A DNA stretch of 63,964 nucleotides, the filler included, from an uncultured Myxococcia bacterium (lineage in GTDB: Bacteria; CAZTWC01): assembly GCA_964617105.1 (NCBI GenBank). It is 11 parts of 11 records of this genome, joined end to end, with 100 filler letters (N's around TTAATTAATTAA, not from the genome) between each part and the next. Parts side by side here need not be neighbours in the genome. Positions count along the whole stretch, not along the records: positions 18,432 to 24,387 come from CAZTWC010000240.1; positions 24,488 to 30,391 come from CAZTWC010000241.1; 9 more parts are not named here. One strand, 5' to 3'. This document shows, piece after piece, positions 20,655-30,491 of the stretch (the stretch's first letter is position 1; each line of letters starts with the position of its first letter). The notes beneath the pieces are model-generated. The model ran no database searches and was not told the DNA's origin. It was given only the letters and a program-made list of their open reading frames with translations. A program made the position numbers and the translations under genes.

Positions 20655-23134
20655 CGGATGCATCTCCTCCAACTCGATTTAATGAGCATCAATAGCGATA
20701 ATATCGCGATCACCATCAGGATATCTTCGGTTTTTTGTCCCGGTTTTGCCTCAATTGTGGAACAGGCGCATTGGGATTTGTTTTCCAGAAGAAAGGTTTC
20801 ATTCGAGTCAGGCGAGTCAGGGTGATTGGAATTGGGGCCGTCACCTTTGTTATCGCCCGATTGGGTTCCTGTCTCCTCCTGGTTTTCCTTCTTTAGGCAA
20901 ATTCCAGTGCTGTGACCAAGGTCGCGACAGAGGTAATTGTTCGGGCAGGTATTTATTAGCCCTGGTTGGCAGAGCCGGTAGCAGGTACCGGTATTGGCAC
21001 CGTATTGGTAATGACAGAGCATCTCTTTCTGGCAGGGTTGCCCTGACCAGCATCTCTCTCCCTCGGTCGCTTTGGTTACTTTGTTGCTTGATGTCTCTCC
21101 CATGGCGCCACCGTTGGTTTGATTGTCAGTGTTATTTTGCTCTTCCTGAATGATTTGTCCATCGCCATCCAGGGAGCCGCCATCCAAGGTTCCACTGCCG
21201 CCGGTGGTATCATTCTGGTTGTGGTCTTGAAGGTTTTCGTCCTGGTATCCATTGTCATTTTGAAGGTTTCCGTTGTCAGTTATAGAACCTTGATCATCAT
21301 TCGTTCCACCATCGTAATCAAAACCGCCATCATTGCTCTTGGGCTTTTCCAAACAGTAACCTGAGCCCAGAAAATTGGTGGGCATACAGGTAAAGCCAGC
21401 ACCGCAGGAGTGAATATCATTGGAATTGCAGGTGCGGTAACAGATGGACCGGGCTCCCAGATGGGAATAACAGATAAGAGAACTGCTGCAGGAATGGAGT
21501 TTGTCGCAAAATTCACCCTGTTGGCGGGGATTGGGCAGGCAGGCGCCTCCGTTAGAAAGGGCGGTACATCTTTCTCCGCTTTTACAGGAGGTGGGATTAG
21601 ATGGTTCGCATTTGCGCTTGCAATAGCCGGTGGAATCGCCCAGGGCCAGGATCAGGCAGACCAGATTACTATTGCAGGCCACCCCTTTGCCGCAAATTTC
21701 GTTTTCATCAGCGGCCAGGTAACATACTCCCTGGCCCGGGGATGATAATTCCAGGCAGATCTGCGTGGACAGGCACTGTCCCGTAGATGGACCGGGCTGG
21801 CAGGATTTGAAACAGATACCGTTGTCCTCCCCGGCTTTTTGCACTAAACATATATGATCTTTTTGGCAGGCTGTGGATTTACCACAGGGCTCACCCTCTG
21901 ATGATGCGTTGAAGCAGGCACCCTGGCCCTCTTTCAAATCCAGGCATATCTTTTCCGCACCGCATGGAGATGTTTGTTGCGGATCACACTCCTTATGGCA
22001 GGTGCCGCTTTCGGACCCCTGGGTTAAAATCAGGCAAACCAATCCCTGGTCACAGGAGGTTTGTTGTCCGCATATTCCCCCTTCGCCGGAAGATTTGATA
22101 CATATTCCTCCCTGGACTTTTCCTTCGCTGTTTTTTAAGGAATGACAACTGTCACCAGTAGGACAAACCGGTGATTGAGGGTTACAGGAACGAAAACAAA
22201 CAGGCTTGTCATTGGCATTGTTAACACAGGTCAGCCCTTTTTCACAAGAAGCATCGGAGCAATCCTGCCCGATTTTGGCTTCTGGTTCGCCAATAAAACA
22301 GGCATTTGACGGCTGGCTCAGGCCGGTTCCTTTACAGTGGTATCCATTGGGGCAGTCGCTGCCTCCAATGGAGCAACTTTTTGAACAGTACCGGCCCTGA
22401 TCGGTTTGCAGGCACAATCCCTGGTTGCAATTGGATACACTCTCGCATGGAGTTCCAAGGCCGCCCGGATTGGCGGGATAGAGGTAACATATACCTGCCA
22501 TGTCGTCCTGGTGGAGGGTGCGGCTTTTAATGGAGTTGGCCGGAGAAGCATAATACATGGTTGCCGCGGCGATGGGAGGGTGATCCAGTCCCAGTAAGTG
22601 GCCGATTTCGTGGGTGGCGATATTAGATACATCCATGGTGTTTCCTGAACCTACCCGCATAGATGGGCTGGTAGTCCAGGTATAGTTTTGGCCATTGAAC
22701 TGGATATCAGCATCAAGAATCTGGCCGTTGACGCTATTGTGTATTGGGGTGGTGACTCCTATGGCAGAAGCGCCAAATTGGGGGGGCCAGTTATTTTCTC
22801 GCCAGACAACCAGGTTTACATTGTCGTTGCCGGTGGTTGACATACTGGTGGTGCCGCGGTAATCAAAAGCGAGATATGAGCAAGGGACTTTTTGCCAGGA
22901 ATTAAAAGAGTCTTTCACCGCCTGGATATCAGCGTTTCCACTAATATCGGCGGAGCCAGAAGCATTAATAAAATAGGGTACCGGGAGGCTGCTTCTATAC
23001 CATCTAATATTTTTGCCCGAAGTCGTTTTTATGGTTTCAAAAGCGAATCCCTGATGCGGTAAAAGAGCAAAGATAGAAAATAACCACAGTGTCCAGTGCA
23101 ATACCGGCAATATTAGGTTTTTCATATTTTTCAT
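20618..23134 (-). CDS. Secreted matrixin-like (M10/metzincin) metalloprotease with 7 Cys-rich repeats and a MYXO-CTERM-like anchor
   Basis: Signal peptide, DADIQFN, HEIGHLLGLDH, Met-turn ATMY, 8-Cys repeats, D/N/G-rich linker, CACS + hydrophobic helix + Arg-rich tail. Confidence 0.88.
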   Translation of the reverse strand: MKNMKNLILPVLHWTLWLFSIFALLPHQGFAFETIKTTSGKNIRWYRSSLPVPYFINASGSADISGNADIQAVKDSFNSWQKVPCSYLAFDYRGTTSMSTTGNDNVNLVVWRENNWPPQFGASAIGVTTPIHNSVNGQILDADIQFNGQNYTWTTSPSMRVGSGNTMDVSNIATHEIGHLLGLDHPPIAAATMYYASPANSIKSRTLHQDDMAGICYLYPANPGGLGTPCESVSNCNQGLCLQTDQGRYCSKSCSIGGSDCPNGYHCKGTGLSQPSNACFIGEPEAKIGQDCSDASCEKGLTCVNNANDKPVCFRSCNPQSPVCPTGDSCHSLKNSEGKVQGGICIKSSGEGGICGQQTSCDQGLVCLILTQGSESGTCHKECDPQQTSPCGAEKICLDLKEGQGACFNASSEGEPCGKSTACQKDHICLVQKAGEDNGICFKSCQPGPSTGQCLSTQICLELSSPGQGVCYLAADENEICGKGVACNSNLVCLILALGDSTGYCKRKCEPSNPTSCKSGERCTALSNGGACLPNPRQQGEFCDKLHSCSSSLICYSHLGARSICYRTCNSNDIHSCGAGFTCMPTNFLGSGYCLEKPKSNDGGFDYDGGTNDDQGSITDNGNLQNDNGYQDENLQDHNQNDTTGGSGTLDGGSLDGDGQIIQEEQNNTDNQTNGGAMGETSSNKVTKATEGERCWSGQPCQKEMLCHYQYGANTGTCYRLCQPGLINTCPNNYLCRDLGHSTGICLKKENQEETGTQSGDNKGDGPNSNHPDSPDSNETFLLENKSQCACSTIEAKPGQKTEDILMVIAILSLLMLIKSSWRRCIRRQLRIWRRFTS

Positions 23135-23152
23135 AAGTTAAATAGATAACAG

Positions 23153-24199
23153 TTATGGGTTACTATGTTGTTTGAAAAAGTTGAGTATCTTTTTCTTGAT
23201 CGGGTCTCGGATCTCATCCTTTTCCATCAGAATTTCGTGGCGGGAGCCGGTTACTTGCAGCAGAGTGCAGTTTTGGGCTAAAGAGCAGATTTTCTCTTGC
23301 CGCCATCTCTCTATTATTCGATCCTGTTGAGCCTGTAAACATAGAGTTGGTATCGTCAATTTCTTAGCGTTCTTCAGGGCTCGCCAGGTGCCTTCCACCG
23401 ATTCCTTTAACCATTGATTGGTTACTGCCGCCAGGGCAAGTTGTTTATTTCTTTTATATATCATGTTCATTTGGTGGCGGGCAAAACTGGTGGTAACATC
23501 ATTTTGTTCGAAGGGCACGATCTCTATCTTGGCACTACCGCCCGGCACGTAACTATCCCCTTTACCAATATAGATGAAAGCTGCGGTTATGGTTTGGGCA
23601 ATAAATTCCGGCAGGCCGCCGGTATCGATATGGAGCATGGGCGCACTTAAAGCTATAGCGTCAACAGCCTGGGGATATTTTTGGGCAAACAGCACGGCAA
23701 TGGCGCCTCCCATGGAGTGCGCTATCAGAAAAATATTTTGATAATTTTTTTCCTTTTTTACCACTTTCTTTATAAATGAATTAAGGTCTTCCACATAGTA
23801 GTTGAAATCTTCCACATATCCCTTTTTCCGGTCTTTGATAATACGGCCCGACCGCCCCTGACCACGATGGTTCATCAAATAGATGGAGTATCCTGAATCT
23901 CTGAGGTCATAAACCCATTCGGCGTATTTTATCAGCGGTTCTGTGCGGCCCGGCAAAATAATGATGGCATTTTTGGCTTCCGGGCGAAAAAATTTTGCAT
24001 GCCACAAGAAAATATTCTTTTCCCCTTTAAAAAACCAAAATTTCCCCTGGGAATGGTAATAAGGTAATACAGTCTTTTTGTATACGGGCAAGTAGTTTTC
24101 TTCGCTAATGGCCAGAGCATTTTTTTCTAATGTCAGACCGAAAACAAAATGCAAAATGAAGAAGAATAAGATCGGTTTAAATTTCACTTTCAGAGCCAT
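23153..24199 (-). CDS. Secreted alpha/beta hydrolase, lysophospholipase L2 (PldB)-like
   Basis: PGRTE..IKY, HRGQGRS, AHSMGG, SAPM, RHEILME.D; N-terminal signal peptide. Confidence 0.85.
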   Translation of the reverse strand: MALKVKFKPILFFFILHFVFGLTLEKNALAISEENYLPVYKKTVLPYYHSQGKFWFFKGEKNIFLWHAKFFRPEAKNAIIILPGRTEPLIKYAEWVYDLRDSGYSIYLMNHRGQGRSGRIIKDRKKGYVEDFNYYVEDLNSFIKKVVKKEKNYQNIFLIAHSMGGAIAVLFAQKYPQAVDAIALSAPMLHIDTGGLPEFIAQTITAAFIYIGKGDSYVPGGSAKIEIVPFEQNDVTTSFARHQMNMIYKRNKQLALAAVTNQWLKESVEGTWRALKNAKKLTIPTLCLQAQQDRIIERWRQEKICSLAQNCTLLQVTGSRHEILMEKDEIRDPIKKKILNFFKQHSNP

Positions 24200-24255
24200 T
24201 AAACACCTCTCGGTAAGGGCAGAAATGAAGTTTAAAGTCAGAAAACAGTTAAAAA

Positions 24256-24387
24256 CTAGAAGGGGAGATGAAATTCTGCCCCTACGTTAATATCCACAAT
24301 ATTTTTAAAAAGTCCATCCGATTTAGAATCCAGGTTAAAGGGGGTGATAGCGGTAAAATCGAGGCTGAAGTAGTAGTATGGAGAAAA
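24256..24387 (-). CDS. C-terminal fragment of a probable outer-membrane beta-barrel protein
   Basis: Manual translation ...YYYFSLDFTAITPF...DINVGAEFHLPF-stop ends in a Phe beta-signal. Confidence 0.4.
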   Translation of the reverse strand, partial: FSPYYYFSLDFTAITPFNLDSKSDGLFKNIVDINVGAEFHLPF

Positions 24388-24487
24388 NNNNNNNNNNNNN
24401 NNNNNNNNNNNNNNNNNNNNNNNNNNNNNNNTTAATTAATTAANNNNNNNNNNNNNNNNNNNNNNNNNNNNNNNNNNNNNNNNNNNN

Positions 24488-25087
24488 GTTGCCGGCCCAA
24501 TCATGAATAATTTCGGGCAATAACCGTAAAACTGGTTCAATCAGCCGAATAAACCTTTCCCTGAACAACACCAAAAAAATAATTCCCAGCAAAACAGAGC
24601 CTACAAACAGGGCGGTACTATAGGCCAGGGTCTGAAATTTTACCGATAAAAAAGGCAAAGTGGTCTGGCCATGATCTCCAGTTAAAAAATAGATAAGCAG
24701 GATCAACAGCAGAAAAAAGAGGTCAATAAAACGCTCCAGAAAAATAGAGGCCATCCCCTCTCCCATATCCACCTTTAGATCCCGGTTCAAAAGCACCGGT
24801 CGGTACAACTCTCCCAGCCGTAGAGGCAGGGCGATAACCATAAACATGCCCACGGTATTTATTTTGAATAGATGATTATAGCTCAGTTTGCTCCCCGATA
24901 ACAGCAACCCCCATCTATAGGCCCGGATAAAAAGAATAACAAAATAGATAAACACCATCAATAACAGGTTGTAACTCTTTACGATTTTTGAAAAATTATC
25001 CTTGATATCATCCAGGTTAACATCCATCAGAGCCAGATATAAAAGACCGATACTCAATATAACCAGCAAGAGGTATTTCCACTTCAT
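24488..25087 (-). CDS. Lysylphosphatidylglycerol synthase TM domain / UPF0104 flippase-like membrane protein (truncated)
   Basis: IRAYRWGLL, LPLRLGELYR, SIFLERFID. Confidence 0.82.
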
Positions 25088-25109
25088 AAATTCACCTATT
25101 AAAACTACC

Positions 25110-25520
25110 TTACTCTTCGGCAGCAGTAGCGATGGCCAGCCGCTCTATACCTATATTTTTAGCCATATCCAATAAACCGACAATGATACCGTGCTGAGCC
25201 TCTTCGTCCGCCTGAATTATAACAATTAAATCTATGTTTTCTTTAAATGCATTTTTTAATTTATCGGCCAAAGATTCCTGGGTATATTTTTCATTTTCAA
25301 AAAATAGTTGGCCGTATTGATCCACAGTAATGGTAAAGTCCACCGGTTGTTCCGATATGGCGCCGGCAGACGCCCGGGGAAGTTGTACCTGAATCCCCTG
25401 GTTGGTAACAAAAGTAGTGGTGATCAAAAAGAATATCAACAACAAAAACATAACGTCAATAAGGGAAGTTAACTCTATTTTGACATCTGTGTCCGATTTA
25501 TGGTTTCGGCTGAAGTTCAT
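25110..25520 (-). CDS. exbD: ExbD/TolR family protein
   Basis: LTSLIDVMFLLLIFF, VQLPRA, IIQADEEA.HG. Confidence 0.9.
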   Translation of the reverse strand: MNFSRNHKSDTDVKIELTSLIDVMFLLLIFFLITTTFVTNQGIQVQLPRASAGAISEQPVDFTITVDQYGQLFFENEKYTQESLADKLKNAFKENIDLIVIIQADEEAQHGIIVGLLDMAKNIGIERLAIATAAEE

Positions 25521-26121
25521 GGCTGTCTTTTATCAATTCAATTAAACTAATCGCCTCCTCCTCCATTTTGAGGAGCAGACGGTGACACTTAGACTGGAGG
25601 TATCGAAAAGCGATATAGGCAGGGATTGCCACTATCAAGCCGGCAGCGGTAGTAATCAACGCCTCCCAGATACCGTTGGCCAAAATACGCGGGTCGCCCA
25701 CCCCCTCAGTAGTGATCTTTTTAAACACCGAAATCATGCCGATTACAGTTCCCAGCAATCCTAGCAGTGGACTGATACTGGCAATGGTGCTCAGCATGCC
25801 CAGAAACCGCTCCAGACCGGCGCCCTCCTGGCGGCCCACCTCCTCTACCGTAATTTTAATATCATTTCGTTTTCTATTTATCGCTTTTATAGCGCTATAA
25901 TAGACTCGGGCAATAGATGAAGGATTGTCCTGGCAGAGTACCAGGGCTTCTGATATCTTTCTTCCCTGAACTAACTGTTTTATTCGCTCAATAAATTGGG
26001 GCGGAACTATTTTGTAAATCTGCAAACTCCATAGCCTTTCCATAAAAATAGCCAGGGCTATTATAGAAAACAGAATGATGGGAATCATCACCAACCCACC
26101 TTTAATTATCCAGTCCAGCAT
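25498..26121 (-). CDS. exbB: MotA/TolQ/ExbB proton channel protein
   Basis: SPLLGLLGTVIGMI, GIWEALITTAAGL.VAIPA. Confidence 0.9.
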   Translation of the reverse strand: MLDWIIKGGLVMIPIILFSIIALAIFMERLWSLQIYKIVPPQFIERIKQLVQGRKISEALVLCQDNPSSIARVYYSAIKAINRKRNDIKITVEEVGRQEGAGLERFLGMLSTIASISPLLGLLGTVIGMISVFKKITTEGVGDPRILANGIWEALITTAAGLIVAIPAYIAFRYLQSKCHRLLLKMEEEAISLIELIKDSHELQPKP

Positions 26122-26166
26122 ATAATCAATCCTTTATACAATCCTTATGTTAGGTATAGGTATTAT

Positions 26167-26691
26167 CTATTGGCAGGCTTCTTGCAGATTGTTTATCCCA
26201 TCGCTATCCTGGTCAAAATCACTATTGGCCTGGTTGCGGGTAAAAGAATAGAGAGTTCTGAATCCTGCCTGTAATCCCGGTTGTAAATCCTCTTTCACAT
26301 ATTCGGTCAAAATCAACCTGGTTTTATCTTTATTACCATTTTCCTGAAAATAGGTCAATTTAAGTCGGTATTTGTTGGCGCATGGGATCCGACAAATTCC
26401 ATTCAGCGGCTGGTTAAGGGCTAAAGCCTCCAGGGCACAGACTGAATCCCCATGCTCGTTTTTCACCTCACCCTCAATTTTTACTCTATCTGGCAAAGGG
26501 GTATTTTGCGGGCAAGTCAAACCAGGGTTGAGAAAGGAGAAGGCACAGTATTCTCCGGAAGTGGCACCGTCATCCTGGCCACATCCTGATAATAATAATA
26601 AAGCTACAATTACCCCGGGAAGAAACAGTTTCCCCCCGGTTAAAAATTCCTGGCGTGTCAAGTTTTCCCTCCAATAAATGGGCGTACCCAT
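26167..26691 (-). CDS. Hypothetical lipoprotein with a C-terminal DxDxDG Ca-binding-like motif
   Basis: Lipobox LLSGC; ends DFDQDSDGINNLQEACQ. Confidence 0.6.
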   Translation of the reverse strand: MGTPIYWRENLTRQEFLTGGKLFLPGVIVALLLLSGCGQDDGATSGEYCAFSFLNPGLTCPQNTPLPDRVKIEGEVKNEHGDSVCALEALALNQPLNGICRIPCANKYRLKLTYFQENGNKDKTRLILTEYVKEDLQPGLQAGFRTLYSFTRNQANSDFDQDSDGINNLQEACQ

Positions 26692-26811
26692 AGAAATATA
26701 CCAGTTTTTTGGTACTATAAAAAGGATTTTTGAAATTCACTTGCCATAATTGTTGTAGCAAGTTAATATTTTTTTTAAAAACGCCTATACACATACACCA
26801 AGGAGCAGAAT

Positions 26812-27660
26812 ATGCAATTATCCAAGAACAATTTTTGTTCCCCCGATGGACTGAATCTCCGTTACCATATCTATAAAAATGAGCAGGGAGATAAAAAAAT
26901 TAAAGCCTGCCTGGCAGTGGTGCACGGTTACGGAGAGCACGGCGGACGCTACCAATTTTTGGCGGATTATTTCCTCCCCCGGGGCTATCAAATTTTTACC
27001 TTTGACTTAAGAGGACACGGTGAATCAGCCGGGAAACGAGGCCATATCCTCAGTTTTTCTCAATATTTAGAGGACGTTAAATTCTTCTTGGAACTGGTTC
27101 GAGATCAAATTGGCCCAGAAACTCCCCTGATTTTACTGGGACACTCGCTAGGCGGATTAATCGTTTTGCGCTACTGCCAAAAATACGATACTTCTAAATT
27201 GAAAGGGCTTATTTGTTCATCACCCTTTATAGGGCTCTCCATGAAAGTACCGGCTTATAAGGTGATTTTAGGTAATCTGATGTCCAAAATTCTTCCGGGA
27301 CTGACCATGCCTGCAGGTGTACCCTCGAAATATTTATCCCACGATCCAGAGGTGGTTAAAGCCTACGACTCCGATCCTCTGGTAGTGAAAATCGCCACTG
27401 CCCGCTGGTTTACCGAAACCGTGACCAATCAACAACTGGCAATAGAAGAAGCGGGAAAAATCGGGCTACCAGTGTTGGTAATGCAGGCAGGAGCCGACCG
27501 GGTGGTGGACAAAGAGGATTCCAGGCGGACTTTTGAACAGATCGGGTCTAAGAATAAAAAGTGGCAGGAATTCGACAATTTTTTCCACGAAATATTTAAC
27601 GAAACCGGCAAGGAGCAGGTATTTGAGTTGATGGAAAAATGGCTGGAAGAACAGATCTAA
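26812..27660 (+). CDS. Alpha/beta hydrolase, monoacylglycerol lipase/lysophospholipase type
   Basis: VHGYGEH, FDLRGHG.S, GHSLGG, FHEIFNE. Confidence 0.9.
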   Translation: MQLSKNNFCSPDGLNLRYHIYKNEQGDKKIKACLAVVHGYGEHGGRYQFLADYFLPRGYQIFTFDLRGHGESAGKRGHILSFSQYLEDVKFFLELVRDQIGPETPLILLGHSLGGLIVLRYCQKYDTSKLKGLICSSPFIGLSMKVPAYKVILGNLMSKILPGLTMPAGVPSKYLSHDPEVVKAYDSDPLVVKIATARWFTETVTNQQLAIEEAGKIGLPVLVMQAGADRVVDKEDSRRTFEQIGSKNKKWQEFDNFFHEIFNETGKEQVFELMEKWLEEQI

Positions 27661-28262
27661 CTGGCTCTGCCAACTTTTTTTATCAACATCACCCGAAAGA
27701 TATCTATTCCATCTAATTCCGACTTGCTCTCCCTCAGGCTGCTAGGCCAAAAGTGGTTACCGTTTTTATAAAAGCAAAAAAAACCGGCCGGGTTGTGCAG
27801 TTGAGGCTGGCTTTCCAACACCGCCATGATATCAATAATCAACTTAAAAACATCACTCTGGCAGAAGATGCGGCCACCCTTTAACAGACACCGGATTGTG
27901 GAAGCGGCAAAATGGGTGTTTACCAACCGCCTTTTGTGGTGGTAACTCTTCCACCAGGGATCAGGAAAATTTATCACTATCCAGGCCACCGATTCAACCA
28001 GGCAATTGTTAGCCACAATAGCAGTTGCATCTCCCTGGATAACCACTGCATTAGGCATCCGGCGCTTATCAAGTCTGCGGGCAGCGTGACCTGCATACTT
28101 TTCAGTCATCTCGATACCCACCACGTTAAGGCCTGGATTTCGTTGAGCCCAACCGATAAGGCTGTGACCGTGACCACACCCCACCTCCAAAACCAGAGGC
28201 GCCTGCCGCTGGAACAGGTAATTAATCGGCTTTTTTCCTAAATCTTCCTGCTTGAATAACAT
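27657..28262 (-). CDS. trmB: tRNA (guanine-N7)-methyltransferase (alternative start 28307)
   Basis: LEVGCGHG, GIE, NFPDPWWK..HHKRRL, SD. Confidence 0.88.
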   Translation of the reverse strand: MLFKQEDLGKKPINYLFQRQAPLVLEVGCGHGHSLIGWAQRNPGLNVVGIEMTEKYAGHAARRLDKRRMPNAVVIQGDATAIVANNCLVESVAWIVINFPDPWWKSYHHKRRLVNTHFAASTIRCLLKGGRIFCQSDVFKLIIDIMAVLESQPQLHNPAGFFCFYKNGNHFWPSSLRESKSELDGIDIFRVMLIKKVGRAS

Positions 28263-28284
28263 AACTTGAACACCACCAATAACT

Positions 28285-29892
28285 CTAATGATCGATCCTA
28301 ACATCAATAAGTTTCAAATGTTTGTTTAAATTTATCAATTTTACCAGAGAATCGATTTTACCCCTTTTACTCACAAAACGGCATATTAACCACATCTCCC
28401 TGCTAACCACAACCTCCACATCTTCAAGCAGCATCTCCGCTCCTAAAAGCAACTCCTTTTTCTCATCTTCCAATTGATTGATGATGGCCACCTCTCCTCT
28501 CAAGGTTATTCTATCGGAAAACATCACCCGGCCCCTGACTGTTAGTTTATCCAGGTTAACCAAAGATGGCGCTTCTGTAACCCGAAGGTTATATTCCTCT
28601 AACGAGGCGAAAAAAACCGGGTCCAGATCCACATCAGGTATCACCTCCGGTTTTTCACGAGCCGGATTTAAAACTATTTTTTCCTTCAATACTCCTGATA
28701 ACACCGTATAATCACTCTGGTTCAGCAGCAAATCGGAGTTGTATTTAACCGGATAAAAACGGGTCCTGGGCACATCTATGATAGCGCTCTCCTCAAACTG
28801 CCTGATGGCGGTAGCCATAGCGGTTTCCAGTTGAACACACTCCCTGACCGCCAAATCTTTATCTTCGTTGCCGTTTATATCTGAAACTACCCCCTCAACT
28901 TTTTTAATATTGGCGATTAAAGGTAAATCGGCGGGATTCAACCCGTTTTTTTCCAACTTGACCAGGTCCAGCCAAAGACTATTGGTATTGAAGTAACGAT
29001 ATTTCTCCGTATCAGCGTATTCCCTCTCACGCCCTTTTTCCAGCAACGGTTTTTCCAGCAACTCCAGCCTGCCGGTAGCCTGGTTTAGAATAAACGATCC
29101 CCCCTTGACATCTTTTGGTGTCCGCCGGGTGGTCTCAGAACAATAGGCCAGGTCGGCATGGGCAAAGTAACCCAATATAGCAGGCTCTACCGTAGCACCA
29201 AGATTATCGCCGTTGGAAACAAACAAATATTGATAACCATTTTTCAACAACCTAGGTAGAAGATCACCTAAAGCGTTGTAGATATCGCCATGACCGGGCG
29301 GGTACCAGTTTAACTCTTGCTCAACAAAATCAAGAGGCAAATTGGTACTGACATCAAGGCGGGGAAACATATTTTGGATAAAATCCTGGTCCAAATAATC
29401 CCCATCTGGCCCCGGTTTTCCCCTCAAGGAAATACCATATTTTTTCAGATAGTTGATTGATTCCAGGTGAGTACTATAACTACTCATAAAAATCAGTGGT
29501 ATCTGAACACCAAATTCCTGGTTTAGTTGTTCCACTTGCCGGGCCATTAAGTCGAAAAAATTCAACTCACCTTTAATCGGTATCAGGTTTTTAGCAAACC
29601 TGCACCCCATGGAGGTTCCCAATCCACCGTTCAACTTGACAATAACCAATTGGGATAGATGTTTTATCCCCTTTTGCCTATACTGGGTATATTTGGGCTC
29701 AGTCAGAAGATTTTCCAGAGAAATTACCCGGTTGGGGGGCGGCGGCTTTACTTGTTCCCACGGAATAGCCAAATCCCGATTCTGTTTATATTTTTCAAAC
29801 AGGGTAAAAAATTGCCGGATAATACTCTCATCCATTTTTTTCCCGGGGATAATCTCTTTTTCCGATAATATTTTTAACAATTGTTGGTTCAT
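28285..29892 (-). CDS. UTP--glucose-1-phosphate uridylyltransferase, eukaryote-type UDPGP family
   Basis: KLNGGLGTSMG, WYPPGHGD, FVSNGDNLGA, KGG, FNTNSLW, QLETAM, RFYPVK, beta-helix-like tail; ATG 29892 coupled to the upstream stop. Confidence 0.9.
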   Translation of the reverse strand: MNQQLLKILSEKEIIPGKKMDESIIRQFFTLFEKYKQNRDLAIPWEQVKPPPPNRVISLENLLTEPKYTQYRQKGIKHLSQLVIVKLNGGLGTSMGCRFAKNLIPIKGELNFFDLMARQVEQLNQEFGVQIPLIFMSSYSTHLESINYLKKYGISLRGKPGPDGDYLDQDFIQNMFPRLDVSTNLPLDFVEQELNWYPPGHGDIYNALGDLLPRLLKNGYQYLFVSNGDNLGATVEPAILGYFAHADLAYCSETTRRTPKDVKGGSFILNQATGRLELLEKPLLEKGREREYADTEKYRYFNTNSLWLDLVKLEKNGLNPADLPLIANIKKVEGVVSDINGNEDKDLAVRECVQLETAMATAIRQFEESAIIDVPRTRFYPVKYNSDLLLNQSDYTVLSGVLKEKIVLNPAREKPEVIPDVDLDPVFFASLEEYNLRVTEAPSLVNLDKLTVRGRVMFSDRITLRGEVAIINQLEDEKKELLLGAEMLLEDVEVVVSREMWLICRFVSKRGKIDSLVKLINLNKHLKLIDVRIDH

Positions 29893-30391
29893 TGATAACC
29901 CCAGCGCCTCCTTAAAAACCACTCAGCACATAAAAGAAAAATTATTATATATAAAAATATCTCCAGGTTCCAGAGGGGCAAAATCTTTTTTTTGTCAAAC
30001 TTCACAGCCTTCCCTTTCACTCCGGTAAAATCAAACCAGGAACCAGAGGGCAAAGCAATATATTGTCCCCCTGTTAGGTCGGCAATTTTCTGCAGCAATT
30101 CAGGCATCCCTTTTAAATTTTCCATCTCCCGGTTATACCTTTTTACCAACACCACCTCCTGAGTTTTACCCAGAGACAAATCCTGTTTATGGGCGCTAAT
30201 CTCAACCTGATACCCACCCGGGTTGGGGGGATTGAAAGTAAAGGAAAAATTTCCGCCCACCCCGGTAACGCCCTTTTGTTTTTCAACCTTTCCCTTTGGA
30301 GTAAGGATATTTATCTCCAGATCGATCCCCTGGACAGGTTGGTAATTCTCATCAAAAGTGGATACATTGATAGGTACCGGTTCGGATGGGA
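29889..30391 (-). CDS. C-terminal part of a large membrane protein (VWA/glutamine-amidotransferase-like family tail)
   Basis: PGGY, LLQKIADLTGG, PLWN..., LLCAEWFLRRRWG. Confidence 0.7.
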
Positions 30392-30491
30392 NNNNNNNNN
30401 NNNNNNNNNNNNNNNNNNNNNNNNNNNNNNNNNNNTTAATTAATTAANNNNNNNNNNNNNNNNNNNNNNNNNNNNNNNNNNNNNNNNNNNN

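Noticed and set aside
20625..22632. Many overlapping 60-135 aa ORFs in the matrixin gene (likewise in the MopE, S41 and phage genes)
   Set aside because: Shadow ORFs on other frames of well-supported genes, without motifs.
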